From Prevotella sp. (GTDB lineage Bacteria; Bacteroidota; Bacteroidia; Bacteroidales; Bacteroidaceae), in NCBI GenBank assembly GCA_015060485.1, contig SUYI01000007.1:39239-103238 (forward strand): DNA of 64,000 nt. Direction: 5' to 3'. The stretch's first letter is position 1; each line of letters begins with the position of its first letter. The notes under the pieces are model-generated. The model ran no database searches. It was not told the DNA's origin and saw only the letters and a program-made list of their open reading frames with translations. Positions 36,615 to 45,903 of the stretch are shown here, piece by piece. Position numbers and translations under genes: made by a program.

Positions 36615-38702
36615 CTATTCCACGCGCAGGCACATCATGGTCAGGTCGTCGTTAGGTTGGGAATTCTTACGGAATAGCTCTATTTCCTTCGCTATTTGTT
36701 CAATTAACTGTCGGCTCGACAGATTGTGGTCTTTCCTGAGAATCTCAAGCAGTCGATTGTCACCAAATTGCTGTTGCTCAGGATTCTCTGCTTCGTTAAG
36801 CCCGTCGGTATAGATAAATAGCGTACGCCCCTTGATGTTATCAATGTGTTGCTCTGCGAATTGTGTGTCAGGAAATAGTCCAATGGGAATGTTCGTTTCC
36901 ATATGGAGGAATGCGTCCTGCCGTCCGTCTCCGCCCAGAACGGGAGGGTTATGCCCACAGTTGCAAAAGTCCAGATGCCCTGTCGACAGATGCAGCATGG
37001 CGATAAACATGGTGACAAACATACCCTGCTCGTTGCCTATGCTCAGTTCATCGTTCATTTTGGAGGCGATGTCTGCCGGCATCAGATGCTGCGTGGCCAA
37101 TGTGTGGAAGAGCTTTGCTGTCTGTGCCATGAAGAGTGAGGCGGGAACACCCTTGCCCGACACGTCGCCTACGCAGAAATAGAACTCGTCGCCTTGCAGC
37201 ACGTAGCTGTACAAGTCGCCGCCTACTTCACGGGCCGGCGTCATCTGGGCATACAGGTCAAGGCCTTGATGCTGGGGAAATACGTGAGGCACCATCGACA
37301 TCTGTATGTCGCGGGCAATGCGCAGCTCGCTCTCTATGCGTTCCTTCGCGGTGGTCGTCTCCTCTAACTGGTCGTAGGCCTTCTGTAGTTTCTTGTGCAC
37401 CTTGCGGCGATAGAGGCTGTAGGAAAGGAAGAAGACGGATAGTAGCAGCAAGGCAACGGCTGTGGCCATCCAGCGTTGTCGGGAGAGGGTAGCGCGTTGG
37501 TTGGCAATCAGCTGCTCCTTCTCCTGCGTTTCGTAAATGACAGCCAACTCCTCAGCATTGTCCTTGTTTGTTTTCTCTTCGACGCTGTCAAGTAGTGAAA
37601 TCAGTCGCGACGCCGTGCCTAATGCCTCAGTCTGACGCCCCAGCTGTTGCTGTGCATGAAACCTGCGGGCCAGCACCTGCGTGAGATATGTCATCGAGCG
37701 GTAAGAGTCGTTGTCGAAATAGAATGAGTCGGCATCGGCGATGGACTGCTCCAGTTCTTTCCATCGGGAGGCCATCTCCAAGTAGGATGCTGCTGTCTTC
37801 TTTCCAAATGGCGTACCCGAGAATTTTGTTTGGCTGAACGCCTGGAAATGCTGTTCTGCCTCCTTGCGGTTCCCTTCACGCAGATGGTATTTGGCCAGCA
37901 CCATCTCCACCTCTGCCGTGCAGTCGTCTTTCACGTGGCTGGGAATGTCGCTGGTGCCGATGGTCTGTTCGTAGCTCTTCTTGAGTCGGGGCAGCCAACG
38001 GCGTACATTCTCGAAGTCTCCGGTTAGGGAATTGTCGGAAATCACATCGACACAGAGTATTAACTCCGGATAGAACCACGAGAAACTCTTGGCACCAGCC
38101 AGAATCTCTTCGTACAGCTGGTAGGCCCGCTCGTAGTTCTCGTTTCCCTCTTTCCGATGGTTCAGCTTCATCTGACAACTGGCAATGTTTGCCATGAAGT
38201 CTGGGGCATATTCGCGAGCCGTTCTTGACGTGTCCTTGCTGGTGGCAGCTAAAGCCTCAGTGGCATATTTCAGCGCATGTTCAGTATTGCCCACGTTCTG
38301 GGCAGAGTTGATGAGCAGGTTGTAGGCAAAATAGAAATGATTCCGTTTCATCGTCTTGTCCTTCAGCGCACGCTGGGCATAGATGCCGGATACTCTGGGC
38401 TGGTACTGCTCGGAGTATATCTGGGCGCGACGGCAGTTGGCCAGTCCCTCGCCATATATGCCTTCTTGTTCCAGACTGTCCACCATAGCCAATGCCGCTT
38501 CAGGCTGGTCGTCCATCAGTTCGTAAAACACAGTGGACAGACTGTCCGTCAGCGCCTTGTTGTCGAGGTTAACAATTTTCTTGCCGTTACAGCTTGTCAG
38601 TAGCATAACGGCAATGATGAGTAATATTTTGATGCCACATCTAATCATTGCTTTGTTTTTGTCAAGAAACTCGGAAAAGGCGGGACGGTTCTGCTGATCC
38701 AC
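36615..38702 (-). CDS. TPR-sensor / TM / PP2C-type (SpoIIE family) protein phosphatase
   Basis: 695 aa. N-terminal lipoprotein-like signal, TPR-like region, TM helix (AVALLLLSVFFLSYSLY). The C-terminus has RIARDIQMSMVP, GGDLY and CVGDVSGKGVPASLFMA, typical of SpoIIE/PP2C. Confidence 0.8.
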   Translation of the reverse strand: MDQQNRPAFSEFLDKNKAMIRCGIKILLIIAVMLLTSCNGKKIVNLDNKALTDSLSTVFYELMDDQPEAALAMVDSLEQEGIYGEGLANCRRAQIYSEQYQPRVSGIYAQRALKDKTMKRNHFYFAYNLLINSAQNVGNTEHALKYATEALAATSKDTSRTAREYAPDFMANIASCQMKLNHRKEGNENYERAYQLYEEILAGAKSFSWFYPELILCVDVISDNSLTGDFENVRRWLPRLKKSYEQTIGTSDIPSHVKDDCTAEVEMVLAKYHLREGNRKEAEQHFQAFSQTKFSGTPFGKKTAASYLEMASRWKELEQSIADADSFYFDNDSYRSMTYLTQVLARRFHAQQQLGRQTEALGTASRLISLLDSVEEKTNKDNAEELAVIYETQEKEQLIANQRATLSRQRWMATAVALLLLSVFFLSYSLYRRKVHKKLQKAYDQLEETTTAKERIESELRIARDIQMSMVPHVFPQHQGLDLYAQMTPAREVGGDLYSYVLQGDEFYFCVGDVSGKGVPASLFMAQTAKLFHTLATQHLMPADIASKMNDELSIGNEQGMFVTMFIAMLHLSTGHLDFCNCGHNPPVLGGDGRQDAFLHMETNIPIGLFPDTQFAEQHIDNIKGRTLFIYTDGLNEAENPEQQQFGDNRLLEILRKDHNLSSRQLIEQIAKEIELFRKNSQPNDDLTMMCLRVE

Positions 38703-38758
38703 TTTCTCTTACATGTGCACAAGGTTCTGATTTAAGTTTCCTTGTGCACTATTTCTAC

Positions 38759-39124
38759 TTACACCCCAAGCACGATAGCAGGGTCAATGTTCAGCTTCCT
38801 GCTAATTTCCCTGCCTGTTTTTAGAGATGGTTCACCCTTTCCTGTGATAATCTCACTTATACGGGCTGTGCTGAGGCCAAGCATTTCTGCAAGTTTGGTC
38901 TGAGTCAGTCCCATTTCGTACATACGGAGCTTGATAGTCTCTACCAACGTTGGAGCAGCTATGGGATAATGCTCTTCTTCATAATCTGCAACCAGGTCAG
39001 AGATTAAATCCAGTTCAAGCATGTTCTTATCGTCAGCAGGCGTGTCGTTGCTGACAATTTTCAGAAGCTCATTGATTCGTTCGCAAGCAGCTTTGTACTG
39101 CTTCTCTGTCTTTATTTGTGCCAT
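38759..39124 (-). CDS. higA: HigA-type antitoxin (XRE HTH)
   Basis: 121 aa. C-terminal HTH LTQTKLAEMLGLSTARISEIITGK. It starts 4 nt after higB. Confidence 0.8.
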   Translation of the reverse strand: MAQIKTEKQYKAACERINELLKIVSNDTPADDKNMLELDLISDLVADYEEEHYPIAAPTLVETIKLRMYEMGLTQTKLAEMLGLSTARISEIITGKGEPSLKTGREISRKLNIDPAIVLGV

Positions 39125-39127
39125 AAC

Positions 39128-39424
39128 CTAAATGTTTTTAATGTCCTTAATTCTTTCATATTCTTCATGTGTGCCAACGAAGCGCATATACACTTTTTTG
39201 TTGATAAACAAAACGATTGCCACAATTCGATAGTTATTCCCTTTAATATCGAACACATAGCGGTCGTTACCTACATAGTCCACTGTGTTGAACGTCTGCT
39301 TGATGTCGGCAAAGTTCGTCCAGTTGGCATTAGTCGTTTTTTTGTACCAATCACGGAGAGCCACGTCTGCATCAGTATGTTTGGCGATGAACTCCCGTAT
39401 CATGGAAAATGATATTACTCGCAT
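39128..39424 (-). CDS. higB: HigB-type toxin (RelE/ParE superfamily)
   Basis: Track ORF 39128..39472. I use the ATG at 39424 (MRVISFSMIREFIAKH...). NNYRIVAIVLFINKKVYMRFVGTHEEY matches the HigB family pattern. Confidence 0.8.
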   Translation of the reverse strand: MRVISFSMIREFIAKHTDADVALRDWYKKTTNANWTNFADIKQTFNTVDYVGNDRYVFDIKGNNYRIVAIVLFINKKVYMRFVGTHEEYERIKDIKNI

Positions 39425-39899
39425 ACTTGTTGTTTTGGTGGCAAAGATAATAATTAAGTTCGGTTTAAACAAATATTTTTCGGAATATTTTAATATTTAA
39501 GTGAAAAAGATAGTAAATAAGTGCTGAACTAAAGCGATTAATCAGCCTCCGTTATTTAATACTAAGAGATAGAGGGGGAATACCCCGAGGGAACAGGGAT
39601 TGAGACGGCATGTAACAGGGAGAGATAAGGCATGTTGTCAGATTTTGGCGGGCGCCCAAATATTTTTTGGCGGGCGCCGTTATATCTTGTAGCGTCCGCC
39701 CTGATATGTTGGAGCGGTCGGCAAAAACCGAGTTTTGTTCCTTGAAGCTTTCTTTACGACCTTTTGCAGGGAATACATGGATTTGTGGTTTACCGCCCTC
39801 TCTTTTCGTGAGAAGGTTTAAAAGGTACAAAAAAATAACGGAAATGCAAGAAAAATGAGTTTTATTTGTATTAAATTTGGTTTTTAATTCAAATTGCAG

Positions 39900-39907
39900 T
39901 AACTTTG
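39900..39907 (+). promoter_or_regulatory. -7 box TAACTTTG for map
   Basis: cagTAACTTTGcaccc, 18 nt before the ATG at 39925. Confidence 0.5.
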
Positions 39908-39924
39908 CACCCAAAATAGAAGCT

Positions 39925-40797
39925 ATGGTAAAAAGAAGATGGCGCTGCAAGCCGGGCTGTCAGCCTACGGAACTGGACAAGCGCATCATGTATTTGGAGA
40001 ATAAAGGGGCGCTGGTTCCTACGCCAGACCTGATTAAAACCCCTGAGCAGATAGAGGGCATCCGCCGTGCGGGTGTCGTCAATACGGGCGTGTTGGACGC
40101 TGTGGAGAAGGAGATATGTGCAGGTATGTCGACGCTGGAGATTGACCAGATTTGCCGTGACTACTGTGCCCTGCATAACGCTACGCCCGCCTGTCTGAAC
40201 TATGGTGGCGACGAGGAGACACCGCCGTTCCCCATGAGTGTGTGCACGAGCATCAACGAAGTGGTGTGTCACGGTATTCCCAAGGCGGACGATGTCTTGA
40301 AGGAAGGCGACATCATCAACGTCGACTTCACCACGATTCTTGACGGCTATTATGCCGACGCCTCGCGTATGTTTATAATAGGTAAGACGTCGCCCGAGAA
40401 GGAGCAGCTGGTGCGTGTCACCAAGGAGTGCCTGGAAATCGGTATGGAGGCTGCCAGGCCGTGGGGCTGGGTGAACGACATCGGCAAGGCCATCGAGAAG
40501 CACGCCAAGAAATACCACTACGGCGTGGTGCGCGACCTGTGTGGACACGGGGTAGGGAATGCCTTCCACGAAGACCCCGAGGTGGCCCACTTCCAGCAAC
40601 GCGGCAACGGTATGTTGCTGGTGCCGGGAATGGTCTTTACCATCGAGCCGATGATCAATATGGGCACGTGGAAGGTGTTTATCGACGCTGACGACCCGTA
40701 TGGCTGGGAGGTCATCTCGGAGGACGAGAAACCCTCGGCACAATGGGAGCACACGCTGCTGATGACCGAGCACGGTGTGGAAGTGCTGTCTCACTAA
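39925..40797 (+). CDS. map: type I methionyl aminopeptidase with a short Cys-containing N-terminal extension
   Basis: The track ORF at 39877 overlaps the promoter, so I use the ATG at 39925 (MVKRRWRCKPGCQ...). Metal-ligand motifs: VCHGIP, DGYYAD, CGHGVG, FTIEPM, QWEHT. Confidence 0.85.
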   Translation: MVKRRWRCKPGCQPTELDKRIMYLENKGALVPTPDLIKTPEQIEGIRRAGVVNTGVLDAVEKEICAGMSTLEIDQICRDYCALHNATPACLNYGGDEETPPFPMSVCTSINEVVCHGIPKADDVLKEGDIINVDFTTILDGYYADASRMFIIGKTSPEKEQLVRVTKECLEIGMEAARPWGWVNDIGKAIEKHAKKYHYGVVRDLCGHGVGNAFHEDPEVAHFQQRGNGMLLVPGMVFTIEPMINMGTWKVFIDADDPYGWEVISEDEKPSAQWEHTLLMTEHGVEVLSH

Positions 40798-40845
40798 ATG
40801 AGAAGTGAGGAATGAGAAATGAAAATGTAGAAATGAAGAAATGAC
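40798..40845. repeat. aatgaga/aatgaa word repeat filling the map-tsaD gap
   Basis: atgagaagtgaggaatgagaaatgaaaatgtagaaatgaagaaatgac. The 11-mer aatgagaaatg (40811-40821) recurs inverted at 42461-42471. Confidence 0.8.
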
Positions 40846-41904
40846 ATGGAGTCACAGAAGGATATATATATATTAGGTATAGAGAGTTCGTGTGACGACA
40901 CGAGTGCTGCCGTGCTGAAGGACGGCGTGCTGCTGTCGAACGTGACGGCGTCACAGGCCGTACACGAGGCGTATGGCGGCGTGGTGCCCGAGCTGGCGTC
41001 GCGTGCCCATCAGCAGAATGTGGTGCCTGTGGTGCACGAGGCCATCAAACGGGCTGGCATCCAGAAGGAACAGCTGTCGGCTATCGCTTTCACACGTGGC
41101 CCAGGCCTGATGGGGTCGCTGTTGGTAGGTGTCAACTTCGCTAAGGGTTTTGCCCGTTCGTTGGGTATTCCTCTGATTGACGTCAACCACTTGCAGGGAC
41201 ATGTGATGGCGCACTTTATAAAAGAAGAGGTGAGAGATGAGAATGGAGAGGTGAGAGAATACTCCAATATTCCGCCTTTGCCCTTCCTCTGCCTGCTGGT
41301 CAGCGGCGGTAACTCGCAGATTGTCAAGGTGAACGCCTACAATGATATGGAAGTGCTGGGACAGACTATCGACGATGCGGCAGGCGAAGCCATCGACAAG
41401 TGCTCGAAGGTGATGGGGCTGGGCTATCCCGGCGGTCCGATTATCGACCGTTTGGCTCGTCAGGGCAATCCAAAGGCATACCAGTTTGCCGAGCCGCACA
41501 TCCCTGGATTGGACTACAGCTTTTCAGGCCTGAAGACGTCGTTCCTCTACTCGTTGCAAAAGTGGGTGAAGGACGATCCTGACTTCATCGAGCACCACAA
41601 GGAGGACATTGCTGCCTCGTTGGAATGGACGATTGTTGACATTCTGATGAAGAAGTTGAAGCTGGCCGTGAAGCAGACGGGCATCAAGCACGTTGCAGTA
41701 GCTGGAGGCGTCAGCGCCAACAACGGCCTGCGCAATGCCTTCCACGACCACGCGAAGCGTTACGGATGGACCATCTATATCCCCAAGTTCAGCTACACGA
41801 CGGACAATGCCGCTATGATAGGTATCGTGGGATATTACAAGTATTTGGACAAGGTGTTCTGTCCGATTGATGCACCCGCATTTTCAAAAGTAACATTTAA
41901 ATAG
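40846..41904 (+). CDS. tsaD: tRNA N6-adenosine threonylcarbamoyltransferase
   Basis: 352 aa. ILGIESSCDDTS start, NHLQGH metal motif, VSGGNS and GGVSAN. Confidence 0.9.
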   Translation: MESQKDIYILGIESSCDDTSAAVLKDGVLLSNVTASQAVHEAYGGVVPELASRAHQQNVVPVVHEAIKRAGIQKEQLSAIAFTRGPGLMGSLLVGVNFAKGFARSLGIPLIDVNHLQGHVMAHFIKEEVRDENGEVREYSNIPPLPFLCLLVSGGNSQIVKVNAYNDMEVLGQTIDDAAGEAIDKCSKVMGLGYPGGPIIDRLARQGNPKAYQFAEPHIPGLDYSFSGLKTSFLYSLQKWVKDDPDFIEHHKEDIAASLEWTIVDILMKKLKLAVKQTGIKHVAVAGGVSANNGLRNAFHDHAKRYGWTIYIPKFSYTTDNAAMIGIVGYYKYLDKVFCPIDAPAFSKVTFK

Positions 41905-41910
41905 AATACT

Positions 41911-42423
41911 ATGGATTTTGAAAGTAAGATTATCAGCAGGGAGATTAGTCAACTGCTGTGGGAAATGGAGAAAACCGTTTCTACGGCTGAGAGTTGCACT
42001 GGCGGACGTATTGCCGAAGCCATTATTGCCGTACCTGGTGCGTCGAAGTATTTCAAGGGTGGCATCATCTCGTATGTCGACGAGGTGAAGGAATCGCTGT
42101 TGGGCGTGAGCCGCGAGGTGTTGCAGGAGAAAACGGCTGTCTGTGAGGAAGTCGCTATGGCGATGGTCTGCGGAGCCTGTAAGACGCTGAACACCGATTT
42201 CGCTATTTCAGCTACAGGATTCGCTGGTCCGACGGGAGGAACGAAGGAAATTCCCGTGGGTACCATCTGGTTGGCTTGCGGTACTCCCGACAAGCAAGTA
42301 ACGCTGAAGGTGCAAGAGGACCACGGACGAGACATTAATCTCGCCATTGCCACCAATAAAGCCATGCAATTGTTCCTCGATTTCCTGAAAAATGAGAATG
42401 GAACAGAAGAAAATCATGAGTAA
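41911..42423 (+). CDS. CinA-family nicotinamide-nucleotide amidohydrolase (PncC domain)
   Basis: 170 aa. TAESCTGGRIAEAI and GGIISY motifs. Confidence 0.8.
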   Translation: MDFESKIISREISQLLWEMEKTVSTAESCTGGRIAEAIIAVPGASKYFKGGIISYVDEVKESLLGVSREVLQEKTAVCEEVAMAMVCGACKTLNTDFAISATGFAGPTGGTKEIPVGTIWLACGTPDKQVTLKVQEDHGRDINLAIATNKAMQLFLDFLKNENGTEENHE

Positions 42424-42501
42424 GGAGGATAGGGATAGTTAAAAAATATTAAGAGTTGCCCATTTCTCATTTCTCAGTTTTTGTTTCTCATTAAAAATGT
42501 G

Positions 42502-42509
42502 TACCTTTG
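42502..42509 (+). promoter_or_regulatory. -7 box TACCTTTG for rpmB-rpmG
   Basis: tgtgTACCTTTGcaccc. Confidence 0.5.
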
Positions 42510-42560
42510 CACCCTGTTTGGAGTAAATTAGTATTTAGCAACAAGAAAAAGTAGATAGAA

Positions 42561-42824
42561 ATGTCGAAGATTTGTCAGATTACAGGAAAGACGGCACAGC
42601 GTGGAAATAACGTGTCGCACTCAAAGCACCGCACAAAGCGCGTCTTTGATGTGAACCTGTTCAGCAAGAAGTTCTACTATGTAGAGGAGGATTGCTGGAT
42701 TCAGTTGAAGATCAGCGCTGCTGGTCTGCGTATGATTAACAAGGTAGGTCTGGACGCTGCCCTGAAGCAGGCTGTTGCCAAGGGTTATGTTGATTGGAAG
42801 GACATTAAAGTGATAGGAGACTAA
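42561..42824 (+). CDS. rpmB: 50S ribosomal protein L28
   Basis: 87 aa. [10 protein letters not shown]...GNNVSHS. Confidence 0.9.
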   Translation: MSKICQITGKTAQRGNNVSHSKHRTKRVFDVNLFSKKFYYVEEDCWIQLKISAAGLRMINKVGLDAALKQAVAKGYVDWKDIKVIGD

Positions 42825-42829
42825 ACAAT

Positions 42830-43021
42830 ATGGCAAGCAAGAAAGCTAAGGGTAATCGCGTTCAGGTGATTCTGGAGTGCACTGAGATGAAAGAGAGTGG
42901 ACTGCCCGGAACAAGCCGTTACGTGACGGTGAAGAACCGCAAGAACACCCCCGAGAGAATGGAACTCAAGAAGTATAACCCCATCCTGAAGCGCATGACT
43001 GTGCACAAGGAAATTAAATAA
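42830..43021 (+). CDS. rpmG: 50S ribosomal protein L33
   Basis: 63 aa. Basic, with [17 protein letters not shown]. Confidence 0.9.
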   Translation: MASKKAKGNRVQVILECTEMKESGLPGTSRYVTVKNRKNTPERMELKKYNPILKRMTVHKEIK

Positions 43022-43034
43022 TCCGATTTAAAGC

Positions 43035-43193
43035 ATGGCAAAGAAAACCGTCGCTACCCTCCATGAAGGCTCGAAGGATGGTCGCGCTTACACAAAGGTT
43101 ATCAAGATGGTAAAGAGCCCTAAGACGGGTGCTTACATCTTTGACGAGCAGATGGTTCCTAACGAGGCCGTTAAGGACTTCTTCAAGAACTAA
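43035..43193 (+). CDS. small conserved protein (DUF4295-like, from memory)
   Basis: 52 aa, below the track cutoff. Hand translation gives MAKKTVATLHEGSKDGRAYTKVIKMVKSPKTGAYIFDEQMVPNEAVKDFFKN*. It sits directly after rpmG, as in other Bacteroidota. Confidence 0.7.
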   Translation: MAKKTVATLHEGSKDGRAYTKVIKMVKSPKTGAYIFDEQMVPNEAVKDFFKN

Positions 43194-43335
43194 GATTTCA
43201 AGAAATGATAATTTTAAGGCTGCAATGTTGGTTGTAGCCTTATTTTTTTGTACCTTTTTGCTTCTCAAGAAAGTACTTTCGCTCGAAAAAGAAAAGAAAA
43301 ACGAGTTTTCCTTTTGCTTTTTCCTCGCTTATTCG

Positions 43336-43343
43336 TACCTTTG
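43336..43343 (+). promoter_or_regulatory. -7 box TACCTTTG for ftsY (very short leader)
   Basis: tcgcttattcgTACCTTTGcactcaatATG. Confidence 0.5.
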
Positions 43344-43351
43344 CACTCAAT

Positions 43352-44308
43352 ATGGGTATATTCGGTTTTTTTAATAAGGAAAAGAAGGAAACGCTGGATA
43401 AGGGTTTGGAGAAGACCAAGAGCAGCGTGTTCGACAAACTGACCCGTGCTGTGGCTGGTAAGTCGAAAGTGGACGACGACGTGCTCGACAACCTGGAGGA
43501 GGTGCTTATCACCTCTGATGTGGGTGTGGAGACGACGCTGAAAATCATTGAGCGCATTGAAGAGCGTGTGGCTCGCGACAAATATGTCTCGACCTCGGAG
43601 CTGAATGCCATTCTTCGCGACGAGATAGCCTCGCTGTTGGCCGAGAATAACAGCGATGATAATGATAATTGGGATCTGCCCAGTGACCATCGCCCCTATG
43701 TCATCCTTGTCGTGGGTGTCAACGGGGTAGGCAAGACAACTACTATCGGTAAGCTGGCCTGGCAGTTCAAACAGGCCGGAAAACAGGTTTATCTGGGTGC
43801 CGCCGACACGTTCCGTGCAGCTGCCGTAGAACAGCTCTGCATCTGGGGCGAGCGCGTAGGTGTGCCCGTTGTGAAGCAACAGATGGGTTCCGACCCTGCC
43901 TCTGTGGCGTTCGACACCCTGCAAAGTGCTAAGGCCAATGGTGCTGATGTGGTACTCATCGATACGGCAGGTCGCCTGCACAACAAGGTGGGTCTCATGA
44001 ATGAGCTGAAGAAAATCAAGGATGTCATGAAGAAGGTACTGCCCGATGCTCCTGACGAGGTGCTGCTCGTGCTCGACGGCTCTACCGGACAGAACGCCTT
44101 CGAACAGGCTAAGCAGTTCTCGGCTGTCACTCAGATCACGTCGCTGGCCATCACCAAGCTCGACGGTACGGCCAAGGGTGGGGTGGTCATCGGCATCAGC
44201 GACCAGCTGAAGGTTCCAGTGAAGTATATCGGACTGGGCGAGGGCATGCAGGACTTGCAGCTCTTCAATAAGCGTCAGTTTGTCGACTCGCTGTTTAAAA
44301 CTGAATAG
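43352..44308 (+). CDS. ftsY: signal recognition particle receptor FtsY
   Basis: 318 aa. GVNGVGKTTTIGK, DTAGR and TKLDGTAKGG. Confidence 0.9.
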   Translation: MGIFGFFNKEKKETLDKGLEKTKSSVFDKLTRAVAGKSKVDDDVLDNLEEVLITSDVGVETTLKIIERIEERVARDKYVSTSELNAILRDEIASLLAENNSDDNDNWDLPSDHRPYVILVVGVNGVGKTTTIGKLAWQFKQAGKQVYLGAADTFRAAAVEQLCIWGERVGVPVVKQQMGSDPASVAFDTLQSAKANGADVVLIDTAGRLHNKVGLMNELKKIKDVMKKVLPDAPDEVLLVLDGSTGQNAFEQAKQFSAVTQITSLAITKLDGTAKGGVVIGISDQLKVPVKYIGLGEGMQDLQLFNKRQFVDSLFKTE

Positions 44309-44325
44309 TGAAAAAATACTGCCGC

Positions 44326-45624
44326 ATGAAGGAAAAACCTACTGTCGATTTCATTACCTTGGGGTGTTCGAAGAATCTGGTCGATTCTGAAAACCTGATG
44401 GGACTCTTCGAGGCCCAGGGCTATCATGTGACCCATGATGCCGAGGTACCTCAGGGCGAGATTGCTGTTGTCAACACGTGCGGCTTCATCGAGGATGCCA
44501 AGCAGGAGAGCATCGACACCATTCTCGAACTGGCTCAGGAAAAGGAAGAAGGACGGCTGAAGCGACTCTACGTGATGGGCTGTCTTTCGGAACGCTATCT
44601 CGCTGACCTGGAAGCAGAAATTCCTGAAGTCGACGGGTGGTATGGGAAGTTCAACTATAAGCAGTTGCTGAAAGATTTGGAAGCCTACTCAAGCCCTGGG
44701 TGGGCCAGGCACATCACCACTCCGCGTCACTATGCCTATCTGAAGATTGCAGAGGGCTGCGACCGCCATTGTGCCTACTGTGCCATCCCGCTCATCACGG
44801 GCCGTCACCAGAGTCGTCCGATGCAGGACATTCTCGACGAGGTGCGTTGGCTGGTCAGTCAGGGGACATGCGAATTCCAGGTCATTGCCCAGGAACTGAC
44901 GTACTATGGGGTCGACATTGATGGCAAACAGCACATCGCCGAACTCGTGGAGCAGATGGCCGATATCGAGGGTGTCGAGTGGATCCGCCTGCACTACGCC
45001 TATCCGGCTCACTTCCCGTGGGACTTGTTACGGGTGATGCGCGAGCGGAAGAACGTCTGCAACTATCTGGACATTGCCTTGCAGCACATCTCCGACCGTA
45101 TGCTCGACCGCATGCAGCGCCACGTTACCAAAGAACAGACCTACGAGCTGATTCGCCGGATGCGCGAGGAAGTTCCCGGTATACACATTCGTACGACACT
45201 GATGGTCGGTTTTCCTGGCGAGACGGATGACGACTTCCAGGAACTCATCGAGTTCACCAAGTGGGCCCGCTTTGAACGCATGGGGGCTTTTGCCTACTCA
45301 GAAGAGGACGGCACCTATAGCGCCAACCACTACGAGGACGACGTGCCTGCCGCTGTGAAACAGAAACGCTTGGACCGCCTGATGCGTATCCAGCAGCAGA
45401 TCAGTGCCGAACTGGAGGCCGAAAAGGTGGGGCAGACCCTTCGCGTCATCATCGACCGCAAGGAGGGCGACTGGTATGTAGGACGTACGGAATTCTGTTC
45501 TCCGGAGGTCGACCCGGAGGTGCTTATCCCTGCCGACGAACGGCTCGTCATAGGCCGTTTCTACGATGCTCGCATCACTGATGCAGAAGAATTTGACTTA
45601 TACGCGACAACAAGATATGAATAA
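44326..45624 (+). CDS. rimO: ribosomal protein S12 methylthiotransferase RimO
   Basis: The track start at 44308 is GTG. The ATG at 44326 gives MKEKPTVDFITLGCSKN. Radical-SAM CDRHCAYC and a TRAM C-terminus. Confidence 0.9.
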   Translation: MKEKPTVDFITLGCSKNLVDSENLMGLFEAQGYHVTHDAEVPQGEIAVVNTCGFIEDAKQESIDTILELAQEKEEGRLKRLYVMGCLSERYLADLEAEIPEVDGWYGKFNYKQLLKDLEAYSSPGWARHITTPRHYAYLKIAEGCDRHCAYCAIPLITGRHQSRPMQDILDEVRWLVSQGTCEFQVIAQELTYYGVDIDGKQHIAELVEQMADIEGVEWIRLHYAYPAHFPWDLLRVMRERKNVCNYLDIALQHISDRMLDRMQRHVTKEQTYELIRRMREEVPGIHIRTTLMVGFPGETDDDFQELIEFTKWARFERMGAFAYSEEDGTYSANHYEDDVPAAVKQKRLDRLMRIQQQISAELEAEKVGQTLRVIIDRKEGDWYVGRTEFCSPEVDPEVLIPADERLVIGRFYDARITDAEEFDLYATTRYE

Positions 45625-45901
45625 CAAGGAATTTATTGCTGAACTGGCAGATCGCATGGGATATCCTGCTAAGGAAACCCAACGGTTGGTCAATGAAATT
45701 GTCAATGCGATGGGTGATGCCTTCCAGGAAGACAATGCGGTGCTGGTGCCTAACTTTGGAACCTTCGAGGCCAAGAAGAAGATGGAACGCATCATCGTCA
45801 ATCCTGCTACCCAGCAGCGCATGCTCGTACCTCCCAAATTGGTGCTAAACTTCAAACCGAACCAGACGTGGAAAGACAGACTGAAAGGAGGCAGTAAATA
45901 A
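45617..45901 (+). CDS. HU-family DNA-binding protein
   Basis: The ATG at 45617 gives MNNKEFIAELADRMG... (94 aa). It overlaps the rimO stop by 8 nt. Confidence 0.8.
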   Translation: MNNKEFIAELADRMGYPAKETQRLVNEIVNAMGDAFQEDNAVLVPNFGTFEAKKKMERIIVNPATQQRMLVPPKLVLNFKPNQTWKDRLKGGSK

Positions 45902-45903
45902 CG

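Noticed and set aside
39552-39950. 132-aa minus-strand ORF in the higB-map spacer.
   Set aside because: It runs through the map promoter and start. The composition is erratic, with no motif, no promoter box and no plausible N-terminus.
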